Below are positions 38,419 to 47,836 of a DNA stretch of 64,000 nucleotides, in pieces. The notes beneath the pieces are model-generated. The model saw only the letters and a list, made by a program, of their open reading frames with translations. It was not told the DNA's origin and made no database searches. Every line of letters begins with the position of its first letter. Positions within the stretch are counted from its first letter, which is position 1. The DNA is from a virus. The translations under genes were made by a program, and so were the position numbers. The stretch is from the IMG/VR virus record IMGVR_UViG_3300009157_000021, positions 4,302 to 68,301 of that record; one strand, written 5' to 3'.

Positions 38419-40853
38419 TACTTACGTCCCTGTTGCTGGCGCTTCTTGATCTGCTCGGCGTACGCTTCGAGCTCGTCGTCGCCAAAAGCATCAACGGCCT
38501 TGGCTGCAGCCGACGTCAACGCCTCACGCTTCTTCCTCTCCTCATCCGTGTACGGCTTCTGTCCGGGCATCATCTTTTCGGGGAACTGCTCATTCACCTT
38601 CGATTCACCGACCGCGGCCAGTGCCTTGACCGGTGCAACGTACTTGAGCCATGCCATACGGAGGTTCATATCGGAACCGAGCTTCTCAGGGTCGACCATA
38701 TCCTCCTGCTGGCTCAGATCGTCGATCATCTCTTCCTCGGACGGCCACTCGTTTGACATCTGACCGTCCTCGATGGCGGCCATGATGGCGTCCTTCTCGT
38801 CCTGCGGAATCTCCTCCATACTGTTAAGCAGAGCGACGATGCCCTCGGTCAGCTTCTCGATCTTCTTGTCCTCAGGGTCGGCATCGTCGGGCACCTTACC
38901 CTCACCGACGATGGTAACACCGTGATCCTTGAGCTTGTTCGCCACTATTTGATTGAAATCATTCCACAGATCGACGGTTCGCGTGTGGATGGCCTCCATC
39001 CTCATATCGCCGGTCCCCCCATCCGGAAGATCCGCGGCGATGATTTGTGCGTATTCCTCGGCCAGTTGGTCAATGGTGGAAGACGGCGACACCGACTCGT
39101 TCTCCGGGATTGTTACATCTCGGCCGAGAATTTGAGACCGATAAAGGCGGGGACGACCGGCCCTATGACGTTCGAACTCCTTTTGCATTCGTTTCTTATC
39201 TAACTCACCGGTAATCTGATACTCCCACTTACCGCATTTACAGTGAGCCATACCGTCGTGACCAGAATCGACTATCAAATCATGCTCAACCTCGGACTCG
39301 TCGCGGGCACCGGACTCCATCTTACGGAGCTTCTTATAGTACTCGGGATCCTCGGTCAAGTGATCCATAGCAATCTGCTTAGCTTTCTCCCGATCATTGG
39401 TGTGCTCCATTTCCACCTTGGTACCGATTTCGACCTGATCGGCATCGAAATCACCCGGTGTCTTTCCGGCCTTCGCGGCCAGACCCTGATTCTTAACAGC
39501 ATCGTCGTATGAAACGTCGGGCCCGTTTACGGGTCTATCAACCCGATAGTTATCCTCGTTTGCCTTAGCCTCACCGACCTTAACGGCCTTCGTCGCTTTG
39601 GCACCACGCTTCATCCGTTCAACCGAGCGCCTGGCATCATCCTCATCGAATGCAGCCACTCTAGTGCTGTTCTTCTGACCGTCCTGTGTGTATTCCACTT
39701 TAAAGATTGGCTTATCCAATCCAACCATGTTGGAATATTCACCCTCGGACAGGTTCTCGGTCCTCTCGTTACCGCACTTACACTTGGCCTCGTTACTGCG
39801 GAACGTCTTGTTACAGGAAGGACAGAACCGCAGACTCTCGCGGATTCGGTAGCCGCGGGGCTTCTGCACCGGCGTCTTTGATTCCTTGGTCTTGGGCGAT
39901 TTGCTCGTCTTCGGGGCGTTTGCCTCCGGTTTCGACTCACCGCTGGTGCCACGCCATTTATTGCACCGGGTGCACCAATAACCGGCCTTGCCGGTTTCCT
40001 CATCCTCAGCGTAGAACGCGTGTTGGGACCCACAGGAACATTCATGCTTGGTCTGGATGTTTGCCTCGTTGACCTTCGATTCCTTGGTCTCGGGCGGCTT
40101 CTGTTCTAGCTCCTTGTCCTGGACCTCACGGGTCTTGAGCTCGTCGTTCTCCTTCGTCTTGTCCTTGAGCTTGTTCGGATCCTCGGTCTCGCTGTAGTCC
40201 TCCATGCTGTTCTTCGCGGCATCAACATCCGGCGTCTCCTGCGGCGGCATCGTACCGGGAACGTCGCACTCAGCAACCTTCGACTCATCCGTATCACGCT
40301 GGCCACCGGCGAACTCGTCAACGAGCAGGTTGTACATGTCCTCCTCGGTGGACTCCTTCTCCGGACCTCGTGCGATTGGACCGGGTGAGAAATCGGATGT
40401 ACTCAGAACGGAATACAGGTTGCTATCCTGGCCACCGTGGTAGTTATTGGCGAACCAGTACATGGCGGCCTCGGCGTCACCTTCGAAACCCTCCTCGGTC
40501 CCAAGTTGACCACGAAGGAACTCCAACATCTCTTCCCGAGTGGGGTCCTGAACGTTCTCGTTCATCTTTTTCATGAACGCCTTCGGGTCGGTGAAGTATT
40601 CGGTGACGGCCTCCTTGATCCACGACCGATTTGGCACGCCGACGATCCGGTTGTCCTCGATCTTTCGCGGCCAGGTCACGAAGGTCTGGCTGTTCGTGTT
40701 CCGATAGAGGATCTTCGGACCCATTGCGGTCTCGACGATGCGGAAGGTGTTCGGCTTGACGGCGGTGCTCCAGCGCTCCTTCCAGTCCTTGACCGGCTGC
40801 GACCCGGCACCGACATCAATCTTCTTCACGCTCTCGAACAAGTCCATATTCAT
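38418..40853 (-). CDS. Large acidic multidomain putative internal head polyprotein (DUF5661-like domain, Zn ribbons)
   Basis: Start trimmed to ATG 40853 (MNMDLFES, GGGGGA upstream); repeated ESKVNE/ESKVAE/EAKANE linkers; GTKVEMEHTND...IAMDHL.EDPEYY.KL. Confidence 0.75.
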   Translation of the reverse strand: MNMDLFESVKKIDVGAGSQPVKDWKERWSTAVKPNTFRIVETAMGPKILYRNTNSQTFVTWPRKIEDNRIVGVPNRSWIKEAVTEYFTDPKAFMKKMNENVQDPTREEMLEFLRGQLGTEEGFEGDAEAAMYWFANNYHGGQDSNLYSVLSTSDFSPGPIARGPEKESTEEDMYNLLVDEFAGGQRDTDESKVAECDVPGTMPPQETPDVDAAKNSMEDYSETEDPNKLKDKTKENDELKTREVQDKELEQKPPETKESKVNEANIQTKHECSCGSQHAFYAEDEETGKAGYWCTRCNKWRGTSGESKPEANAPKTSKSPKTKESKTPVQKPRGYRIRESLRFCPSCNKTFRSNEAKCKCGNERTENLSEGEYSNMVGLDKPIFKVEYTQDGQKNSTRVAAFDEDDARRSVERMKRGAKATKAVKVGEAKANEDNYRVDRPVNGPDVSYDDAVKNQGLAAKAGKTPGDFDADQVEIGTKVEMEHTNDREKAKQIAMDHLTEDPEYYKKLRKMESGARDESEVEHDLIVDSGHDGMAHCKCGKWEYQITGELDKKRMQKEFERHRAGRPRLYRSQILGRDVTIPENESVSPSSTIDQLAEEYAQIIAADLPDGGTGDMRMEAIHTRTVDLWNDFNQIVANKLKDHGVTIVGEGKVPDDADPEDKKIEKLTEGIVALLNSMEEIPQDEKDAIMAAIEDGQMSNEWPSEEEMIDDLSQQEDMVDPEKLGSDMNLRMAWLKYVAPVKALAAVGESKVNEQFPEKMMPGQKPYTDEERKKREALTSAAAKAVDAFGDDELEAYAEQIKKRQQQGRK

Positions 40854-40857
40854 CTGA

Positions 40858-41472
40858 TTATCCCCCGACCATTTCTCCGCAATTGCAGTTGAAACATAGA
40901 ACCCGAAATCCGTTCGGGAAACCGTTGTCACGAAGCCAACGGTAGAAACTTGACCCGGCCTTCCTGCCGATCGACCTGAGATGCCTTCTTCCGCCACCGT
41001 TCACGTGATCGATGGTAAGAACATCGATGTTAGTCTCACCACAGAATTGACACTGGCCACCATATTGATTGATGACGAGACGCTTCACACGGGCGTTACA
41101 CAACCTCGAAACCTCCGCCTTCCCGCCGATCAATGAGAATGACCGTTCGTTCACGTATTTCAAGCGGTTGTGATTCCAACACAACACCTGGAACCCGCCC
41201 GGGAAGTCATTCTGAATAAGCCAATTATAAAAGTTAACACCGACGCCGGTTACCTTCCGATGTTCATTTCCACTACCACCAATGTGATCGATAGTCAGAA
41301 GGTTATGGTCATCAATACCACAGACGGCACACCCACCGCCGTAATGGGAAAGAACAGCCAACTTAATCCTGACTCGGTACGCCTTTCCACTCTTGGCCAT
41401 TTCAGCCGAATGAAGCCGATAATACCCAGCCTTCTGTTCTGATCTGTTCATGACGACGGTGTTACTCATCAT
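40858..41472 (-). CDS. HNH-family endonuclease-like protein with tandem-duplicated domain
   Basis: Two copies of YGG.C..CG...LTIDH..G.G..H...FY.WL..N.FP.GF.VLC.N.N. Confidence 0.8.
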   Translation of the reverse strand: MMSNTVVMNRSEQKAGYYRLHSAEMAKSGKAYRVRIKLAVLSHYGGGCAVCGIDDHNLLTIDHIGGSGNEHRKVTGVGVNFYNWLIQNDFPGGFQVLCWNHNRLKYVNERSFSLIGGKAEVSRLCNARVKRLVINQYGGQCQFCGETNIDVLTIDHVNGGGRRHLRSIGRKAGSSFYRWLRDNGFPNGFRVLCFNCNCGEMVGG

Positions 41473-41908
41473 TTTCCTCAACCGTGTCGGCGACCTCGAC
41501 CTTGTCGCCCTTGATGTCGGTCCAGTTACCCTGCTTGCCGGTGGCGTCCCAGTCGACCAGGTCACGAACTCGATCGGAGACATGACCATCACGAGACCAC
41601 GACGCGACGATTCGCTTCTCGTCCTTCTCGGCCATCGGCTTGAACCCATCCGGCAGATCGGAGAATCGAATGTTCAGCATCTTATGAATGGACGCCGCCG
41701 AGTTGTCGCCGGAGAAAACATGCCGGAGAATCGCCTGTGCATGCCTGTCCTTCGGCAGGATGGCCGTGTTCTTCTTGGCCAGGGTATTAAACAGATTGCC
41801 AACCCCGGTCATCGGAACGTTCGTATCGTACTCACCGAGCATCGCCAGCATTCTACGGAATAGCTGGAGATCCTTGGCCTCAAGCAATCTCTTCGCTCTG
41901 CTTCTCAT
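41462..41908 (-). CDS. Hypothetical protein, possible head cargo
   Basis: MRSRAKRLLEA start resembles RLLEA in 59001..60371. Confidence 0.55.
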   Translation of the reverse strand: MRSRAKRLLEAKDLQLFRRMLAMLGEYDTNVPMTGVGNLFNTLAKKNTAILPKDRHAQAILRHVFSGDNSAASIHKMLNIRFSDLPDGFKPMAEKDEKRIVASWSRDGHVSDRVRDLVDWDATGKQGNWTDIKGDKVEVADTVEENDE

Positions 41909-43115
41909 GTTCTGGCTCCTGCGAATCCGACATCATGGACTTCAACTGATCGAAAAAGTCCGGGTGAAACTTACCACCCACCGGGTAAATGACGTTCTTC
42001 TTCCTCTTTATAAAGCGACCGAACTCTTCCTCGATTCTGTCAACGAGCTCGTCATCACCAACGTACATCGACTGAGTCGGGTCATAGATGAAATCGACCT
42101 TGGCTTCGAATACCAAATCGATACCCTGGAAGGTGACCTCAACCCGAGTACCGTACAAGTAATCATACTTACTCATACCAGCAAACTGACCAAGGGGCCG
42201 ACCCTCCTGCATAGCGGCTATCACCATTTCGAGACTGCCGCGGTCATCACCGTGTTCCCGCAGAATATCACCATAAAGCTTCTGGGCGTCCTTCTGCTGC
42301 CGCTCGACCTTAATAGCGACCCGCTGCGTTCGCGGACGGCCCTCACCGAACGTTGATTGGAAAGAGCGAACCGCGTCTGCGGTGACCTGGAACTCATCTC
42401 GATTCATGAGCTTTACCATCTGCTGCTTGAGTTCCTTACGCAGACGGCTCAGATCCTCCTCAACGGCCTCCTTCACCCCGATCACCGGCGTCCTCTTTTT
42501 TCTCCTACGACCACGACCACGACCACGACCGATTTCAGTCGGCAATGCCGCGATATCGTTCTCGGTAGTCATTCCATCAGCAGCCGGTGCCGGACCACCG
42601 GATGGTGCTGCACCATCCTCCTTCAACTTCTTCTCCTCGATATTTCCGTACCTGATGATGTAGTCAATATGTTCCGGGGACTTGATTAGCCCAAAATGGG
42701 ATTTTTCATCCTCCCCCCAGCTATTGCTAATCATACGCTTCATATTCAGTTTGGTCGCAATTTTCGTTATCTGTTCTATCTGGGTATAGTTTGGCATCAC
42801 GTTCCACTGGATTGCCAACTCACCATTATCATCGTTCGCATAACCACGAACCGCACCAGAGTCCATTAAATCACCATGGTTAGTACCGGCCAACCTAGCG
42901 GTCCAGCCATGATCATATTCCACCCAGATGACGGTGCCATCGGTTAGAACCCAGAACTTATAATATTCCTCACCGCCGTAGTTGGATCTGATCATCGACA
43001 TCGATTGGCCGTATTTATTGATCATCTTCTGTTCATGCCCGGCCAACGTAGCGACTTCCTCGTTTACCGGGCGGATCCTATCGGTCAATCTAGTCGCGAG
43101 ATCGTAAAAGTTCAC
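41880..43115 (-). CDS. Putative internal head polyprotein (leader, repeat-family domain, second domain)
   Basis: MNFYDLATRLTDRIRPVNEE; KFWVLTDG...H...GAVRG...IRYG; RGRGRGRRRKKR patch. Confidence 0.7.
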   Translation of the reverse strand: MNFYDLATRLTDRIRPVNEEVATLAGHEQKMINKYGQSMSMIRSNYGGEEYYKFWVLTDGTVIWVEYDHGWTARLAGTNHGDLMDSGAVRGYANDDNGELAIQWNVMPNYTQIEQITKIATKLNMKRMISNSWGEDEKSHFGLIKSPEHIDYIIRYGNIEEKKLKEDGAAPSGGPAPAADGMTTENDIAALPTEIGRGRGRGRRRKKRTPVIGVKEAVEEDLSRLRKELKQQMVKLMNRDEFQVTADAVRSFQSTFGEGRPRTQRVAIKVERQQKDAQKLYGDILREHGDDRGSLEMVIAAMQEGRPLGQFAGMSKYDYLYGTRVEVTFQGIDLVFEAKVDFIYDPTQSMYVGDDELVDRIEEEFGRFIKRKKNVIYPVGGKFHPDFFDQLKSMMSDSQEPEHEKQSEEIA

Positions 43116-44878
43116 TGGCGACTCTCCAGGAAATCATCTTCGGATGGCCGCTTCCTGCTAAAGAAATCGGCAACACCCTTCATTATCTGCTCAGGGTCAC
43201 CATCACCATCAAAATCGTCACCGGTTGCCGTGGATCCGTTCTCAACCTCAACTGATTCAATATCGTTTGCCATTATCAGCTTGATGAGCCAGGCCGTCTG
43301 CTCCAGACTCGGCTTGCGTATGCCACACAGATCAATCCGCCCAGACGGTGCATCAACCTGTACGGTGAACGCTCCAGTCCTTCTCAGCGCCTGAACGCTC
43401 ATATTCACATCCTTAGCCGCGGCTTCGAACGTGACTACCGACACCGCGGTGCCGTCAGTGAACAGCCAATACGACTCCTCATCGAGCTCGTCAGTCCACT
43501 CTCCATACTGAGCTACCATCTGTTCCTGGTTCACGGTCTCGTACCGGCGTGCGGTACGAAATGACCTTGCCGGTTGGCGGTCCGAGCCCTTATCCGGTCT
43601 CGGTACCTCTTTGATCTCTTTGATCTCTTCGTGCAATCGCGACTCATTCTCCGGAACATCTTCCGGTGTATTTCCCATGTCTTCCGGCTGCGTCTGATCG
43701 GTAGGCTTGGTTTCAGGCTCTTCCCACCCCGGCTTGCGTCGGGAAGGTCTCCGGCGACGTTTTTCGTCGTCCGGCTTCTCAACGTTCGATTTACGTCTGC
43801 TCAGAGCACCGGCAGCCTTCTGCAGCCACCCGAAATCTCGCATTGCTTCCTTCTGGTAACCAGCGATGTCACGAGCGTACACATCACGGAGCCACTTCGC
43901 AATGGTCCCCGTGTAGAATGGGAGCGCCTTCAATACGTTCTGATAGTGCTTGCACACGGCACCGTACTGCTTCGGGTTACGGTGCCTCGGCGGTCTATTC
44001 TCGGGGTCCGTGTACTTAGCGTCATACTTAGGTCTGCCAAGAATGTACGACGAACCATAGTACAGAAACGCCGGGCATGAACAGAATACCTGAACGTTGA
44101 CCTTCTCGATGAACGCGGCTGCGAGCTTACGCAGATCAACCCTCGATCTATCCTCAACCCAAAGCCTACGATCCTTAACGAGACGCTCAAGCTGATCCTG
44201 TATGTCCTTGAAATGCAACGTGCAATCGTACCATACATCTTTCTTGGTGCCGCTGTGAACCTCAAAGTGCCAGTTGTCGTCGTCCATATCCTTCAAACGA
44301 ACGCCACCCATCAACTGAACGTTCTTGACGCGGTCATCAAAGGTAGGAAAGAGCATCGACACCGAACGCTGCTTTCGGTGAATGTCACCAAGGGTAGCCT
44401 CTTCCACCGGACCGTACCGAAGGATATGTTCTACTTCATCCGGAGACCTGACGTTGACCTCGTATCCGTTATCCTTCTCACTCCACGTATCATCGACAAT
44501 CAAGAGCCTAATAGTGTGCTTAGCGGACATTCGCTTCAACACACCGATCTGATTATCGGTCAGTTTCTTCCACATTTCGACCGCGAGTAGACTAATTCCG
44601 CGATAATCAGTGACAACCTGACCACGGACGGCACCGGATTTAAGCAGATTCCTAACGTCTACATCGGCGTGATTGGATGTATCGGAGTGTTCCCATGCGA
44701 CCAGAATGATACTTCCATCGTTCATTACCCAGAACTTCTGGTCGACAAAACGATTAGGCCATTTATCAGTCTGATCCCCAAACTTACCGAGCATTTTGAC
44801 CTGTTCCTCAGGCATTGAAACAGCGGGTGCTTCCACTTCTCGTATCCGGAACACACGATCAACAAGCTCATTGAACAC
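43112..44878 (-). CDS. Putative internal head polyprotein (two repeat-family domains flanking a SWIM-like Zn domain)
   Basis: MFNELVDRVFRIRE; KFWVMNDG...; CSCPAF...VCKH; YWLFTDG. Confidence 0.7.
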   Translation of the reverse strand: MFNELVDRVFRIREVEAPAVSMPEEQVKMLGKFGDQTDKWPNRFVDQKFWVMNDGSIILVAWEHSDTSNHADVDVRNLLKSGAVRGQVVTDYRGISLLAVEMWKKLTDNQIGVLKRMSAKHTIRLLIVDDTWSEKDNGYEVNVRSPDEVEHILRYGPVEEATLGDIHRKQRSVSMLFPTFDDRVKNVQLMGGVRLKDMDDDNWHFEVHSGTKKDVWYDCTLHFKDIQDQLERLVKDRRLWVEDRSRVDLRKLAAAFIEKVNVQVFCSCPAFLYYGSSYILGRPKYDAKYTDPENRPPRHRNPKQYGAVCKHYQNVLKALPFYTGTIAKWLRDVYARDIAGYQKEAMRDFGWLQKAAGALSRRKSNVEKPDDEKRRRRPSRRKPGWEEPETKPTDQTQPEDMGNTPEDVPENESRLHEEIKEIKEVPRPDKGSDRQPARSFRTARRYETVNQEQMVAQYGEWTDELDEESYWLFTDGTAVSVVTFEAAAKDVNMSVQALRRTGAFTVQVDAPSGRIDLCGIRKPSLEQTAWLIKLIMANDIESVEVENGSTATGDDFDGDGDPEQIMKGVADFFSRKRPSEDDFLESRQ

Positions 44879-45203
44879 TAAGATCGTCCTTAGTCTTGGC
44901 TCTCTTGGCTCTCTTGACTATCCATCTTCCCGCAACGGCCCCGCCGGCAGCGATTGATGCTGCCCTGATAAACGCATGAAGCAAGCCGTTATGGAAACCG
45001 TCATAGGCCAGCCACACTCCCAAAAAAAGAAGCCCGAACTCCTCTATAAAGATTAAGGCAGACAGCAAGTTCACCTGCCGTCGTTCGAAAGCCAAAAGCC
45101 GGTATAGGGCGAGCGACCAGGACACCGCCCCAGCGACGAATAGCCCCAGCAATCCCAGAGCTTGAATTACAATCTGGTCCAGGGTCATCGATTTGACCCC
45201 CAC
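44868..45203 (-). CDS. Small multi-TM membrane protein
   Basis: Three hydrophobic segments and a basic C-terminus. Confidence 0.55.
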   Translation of the reverse strand: MGVKSMTLDQIVIQALGLLGLFVAGAVSWSLALYRLLAFERRQVNLLSALIFIEEFGLLFLGVWLAYDGFHNGLLHAFIRAASIAAGGAVAGRWIVKRAKRAKTKDDLSVQ

Positions 45204-45234
45204 TCACGGTGCTACACATATCAGTCTCCGACCC

Positions 45235-45930
45235 TTAGCATTTCTTGGCAAGCAGAACCCAACGGGAGTTTTTATAGAGCTCCTGCTGTAGGTTATCCAT
45301 CTCCTGCTTCCCCTCGTTGACCATTTCCTGACCATCGTTAGCGACGTTTACAATGCCGGCCTTACGAAGCGTGTTACCCTCGATTTGTTTGAGCTGGGCC
45401 TTGCTGTAACGATACAACCAATCAAGTATTTGCTCCGGCTTCACGTCCTCATCCTCAAGGATCCTCTTGGTGCCCATCACGAACAGGTTCTGGGTACCGG
45501 ATGGAACGTTGACACAGTAAAGATAACCGCCGATCGTTGGATCGTCCGACTTGTCGAACACCCACTGAAAATCGGTGCCAACATAAACACGGTAATTACG
45601 GAATGCCTCCGACATCATGATCAAATCACCGGTCACGTTGTCAAGGACCGTAATCCCCATCAGAGTCCATAGTGGGTGGTCATTCCAGATCCACGTGGTG
45701 GTCTTGTCCGGGTAGATATCTACCACGGTCTTGAACTGTGCGTTAAGCTGAACTCTCTTGGTACCGGTTGCGTAAGGCACCATGGTACCAAGCTTGTATC
45801 CGCTATTGGTGTTCCAGAACCGAATGCTGTTCTCTACGATCTGCTTGAGGGTGTCCTCCGGGGTAGCCAGCGTCAGTGGCCGGAACTCGTTCCGTAGCCA
45901 CGTCAGGTACTTCGTATAATCTCTGGCCAT
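45235..45930 (-). CDS. Neck / head-tail adaptor (gp13-like)
   Basis: After the capsid gene; WL..Y..A..K..EG..LRK...DG..M..EG..E. Confidence 0.75.
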   Translation of the reverse strand: MARDYTKYLTWLRNEFRPLTLATPEDTLKQIVENSIRFWNTNSGYKLGTMVPYATGTKRVQLNAQFKTVVDIYPDKTTTWIWNDHPLWTLMGITVLDNVTGDLIMMSEAFRNYRVYVGTDFQWVFDKSDDPTIGGYLYCVNVPSGTQNLFVMGTKRILEDEDVKPEQILDWLYRYSKAQLKQIEGNTLRKAGIVNVANDGQEMVNEGKQEMDNLQQELYKNSRWVLLAKKC

Positions 45931-46232
45931 TAGACACCGCTTGACATGTGCTGGCCAAGGTCAAAACCGGGCAGAAACTGCAGCGGCACCTCGACCTCGC
46001 GTTTCACTACATCATCGGCCATTCGCCTCTCCCCAATTACGGGGATGACCTTGCGTGTTGGTTCGGCGTCCGATGCCAATTCAAGAACGCCCATACCGAC
46101 GAATGACATCATTTGCGGCTCGGTAAGAAAGTTGACGACCGCGACTTCGCCCTTCACCAGTTGCTTCCTATCAACGTTGGTGTCGAGCGTCTGATCCTTG
46201 AGCGACCTTATCTTTCGCGTGATCACGACCAC
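45930..46232 (-). CDS. Hypothetical protein
   Basis: ORF between capsid and neck genes. Confidence 0.55.
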   Translation of the reverse strand: MVVITRKIRSLKDQTLDTNVDRKQLVKGEVAVVNFLTEPQMMSFVGMGVLELASDAEPTRKVIPVIGERRMADDVVKREVEVPLQFLPGFDLGQHMSSGV

Positions 46233-46238
46233 CTCACA

Positions 46239-46277
46239 ATAAAGAAGATGCCGGGGAGCCTGATTCTCCCCGGCATC
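46239..46277 (-). terminator. Intrinsic terminator after the major capsid gene
   Basis: GATGCCGGGGAG-aatcagg-CTCCCCGGCATC (12 bp stem) followed by TTCTTTAT on the minus strand. Confidence 0.8.
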
Positions 46278-46308
46278 GGTAACCCTCCTTGGTCGGTCAA
46301 TCGCCCTA

Positions 46309-47829
46309 TTAGGCGGTCGTTCCGAGAGCGGTGATGGTCCCTTGGCAGAAGAGACCGTTGTTGATGACCTTGAACCCGGCGCTCGACAGGAAGCCCTTCT
46401 GAGCGATCAGGTCACTGGTCACCAGCGTCGGGCTCGCGAACAGCGGGATGTACGGAGCGTAGATGAAGCTCGCGTACAGGTAGCTGTCGCCCTTGTAACC
46501 GAGCGTGTACGTGTTCGAATCCATGAACGGGTTCTGGATCACGACCATGTTGTTGACGCTGGTCACATTGCCGATGTTCAGCGGACCGGTGGGGAGCTGT
46601 TTGCCGAGTGCAGCACTCGCCTTGAAATCCCCGCCCTGGGTGAGCTGCTTCACGACTCGGGCAACGTTGTTGCCACAGATCATGAAGTTCGCAACACCAC
46701 GCTTGGTCTTATCGTAGATGTTGTTCGAGCCCTCGTTCAGACGATCGAGGAACTCGTACTTGTGCCACAGCCAAGCCTGCCCACTGTGAATGGCGGCATT
46801 CCACTGGGTGGGGGCGGTGGCAGCACCGCTCGCAGAGGACGCGGCAATCATCATATCCAGACCCTTCTGGTCGATGGACCACTTCACCAAGCCGCCAAGG
46901 ATCTTAACGAGCTCATCCTCGAGGCTCAGGCCGTGGGCCTTCTGCAGATCGATCTGGGCACCGATGCTGTACTTCGAACGGACCGGGAAATCGATGGCGG
47001 TCACCGTTTCCTGGGTGACGGTCAGATCGACCTCGGGAACGCCATTCTTGTTCCCATTGGCGTCGACCGGCAGATCGTACTGGTAGTAGTACGTCAGCAA
47101 CACGTCATCGGTGCTGTCCAGCCCGCTGACCGTGATGCTGTAGGTGCCGGCCGCATTGATCGTACCGCTGACCGTGATCCCATCACCAACCACGTCGGCG
47201 AGAACACCAGCGCTGGAGCAGGTCGCGATCACGGCGTAAACGCCAGCCGCGGTCTTCTTCTCGACGATGACATCGGCGAGCAGAATCAAACCGGGGTTGA
47301 TGGCGGTCGTACCACTGTGCGTGTCGTTACCGGTACCGACGTCCTCACGCTCGGAGGCCGCCATCGCGTACCGACGAGCACCCTTCTTGGAGTTCGGACC
47401 GGTCTTGGAACTGAACAGCGTCTCGGCCGCAGCCACGTCGCCCTTCGCCCCACCGGCCTGGAAGTCCATGAAGAACACCGCACCCACACGCCGATCGAGC
47501 GCTTGCACGGTGGCAACGTCGTTCAGCGTCAGGGACGGCAGCAACGCCGAGATCACGGGCAACTGAATGCCAAGGAAGCTGATGTGATCCTCGGTCGTGG
47601 TGTTCTCGAACAGCCGCTGCCCTTGCCGAATCCCGCCCTCCATGATGGCGTTGTCGAGGCACTGGGCGATGTTCCGCTTCTCCATCAGCGTCATCTCGCG
47701 GTTCTGCATCTTCCGGATGTACTGATTCACCTCTTCGAGATACGGCTTGATGGCCGCCTTCTCGCAAAGGAAATCCCGTCTCTGCTCCAACAGGAGCATT
47801 TCTTGTCTGATTGCTTCGTTAAGATCCAT
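46309..47829 (-). CDS. Major capsid protein (T4 gp23-like)
   Basis: VQAL...G.VFF, QDL-like IDLQKAHGL..E, GVANF, YAPYIPL; start trimmed to ATG 47829 (MDLNEA). Confidence 0.93.
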   Translation of the reverse strand: MDLNEAIRQEMLLLEQRRDFLCEKAAIKPYLEEVNQYIRKMQNREMTLMEKRNIAQCLDNAIMEGGIRQGQRLFENTTTEDHISFLGIQLPVISALLPSLTLNDVATVQALDRRVGAVFFMDFQAGGAKGDVAAAETLFSSKTGPNSKKGARRYAMAASEREDVGTGNDTHSGTTAINPGLILLADVIVEKKTAAGVYAVIATCSSAGVLADVVGDGITVSGTINAAGTYSITVSGLDSTDDVLLTYYYQYDLPVDANGNKNGVPEVDLTVTQETVTAIDFPVRSKYSIGAQIDLQKAHGLSLEDELVKILGGLVKWSIDQKGLDMMIAASSASGAATAPTQWNAAIHSGQAWLWHKYEFLDRLNEGSNNIYDKTKRGVANFMICGNNVARVVKQLTQGGDFKASAALGKQLPTGPLNIGNVTSVNNMVVIQNPFMDSNTYTLGYKGDSYLYASFIYAPYIPLFASPTLVTSDLIAQKGFLSSAGFKVINNGLFCQGTITALGTTA

Positions 47830-47836
47830 GATCTCT

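Noticed and set aside
40854-41649. Apparent nested overlaps among 38418..40997, 40858..41649 and 41462..41908, suggesting an intron
   Set aside because: Resolved by trimming starts to 40853 and 41472. Each gene then has its own SD, and no splice structure is needed.
42495-42532. ACGACC short tandem repeat
   Set aside because: It simply encodes the RGRGRG basic patch of 41880..43115 and is not an independent DNA element.
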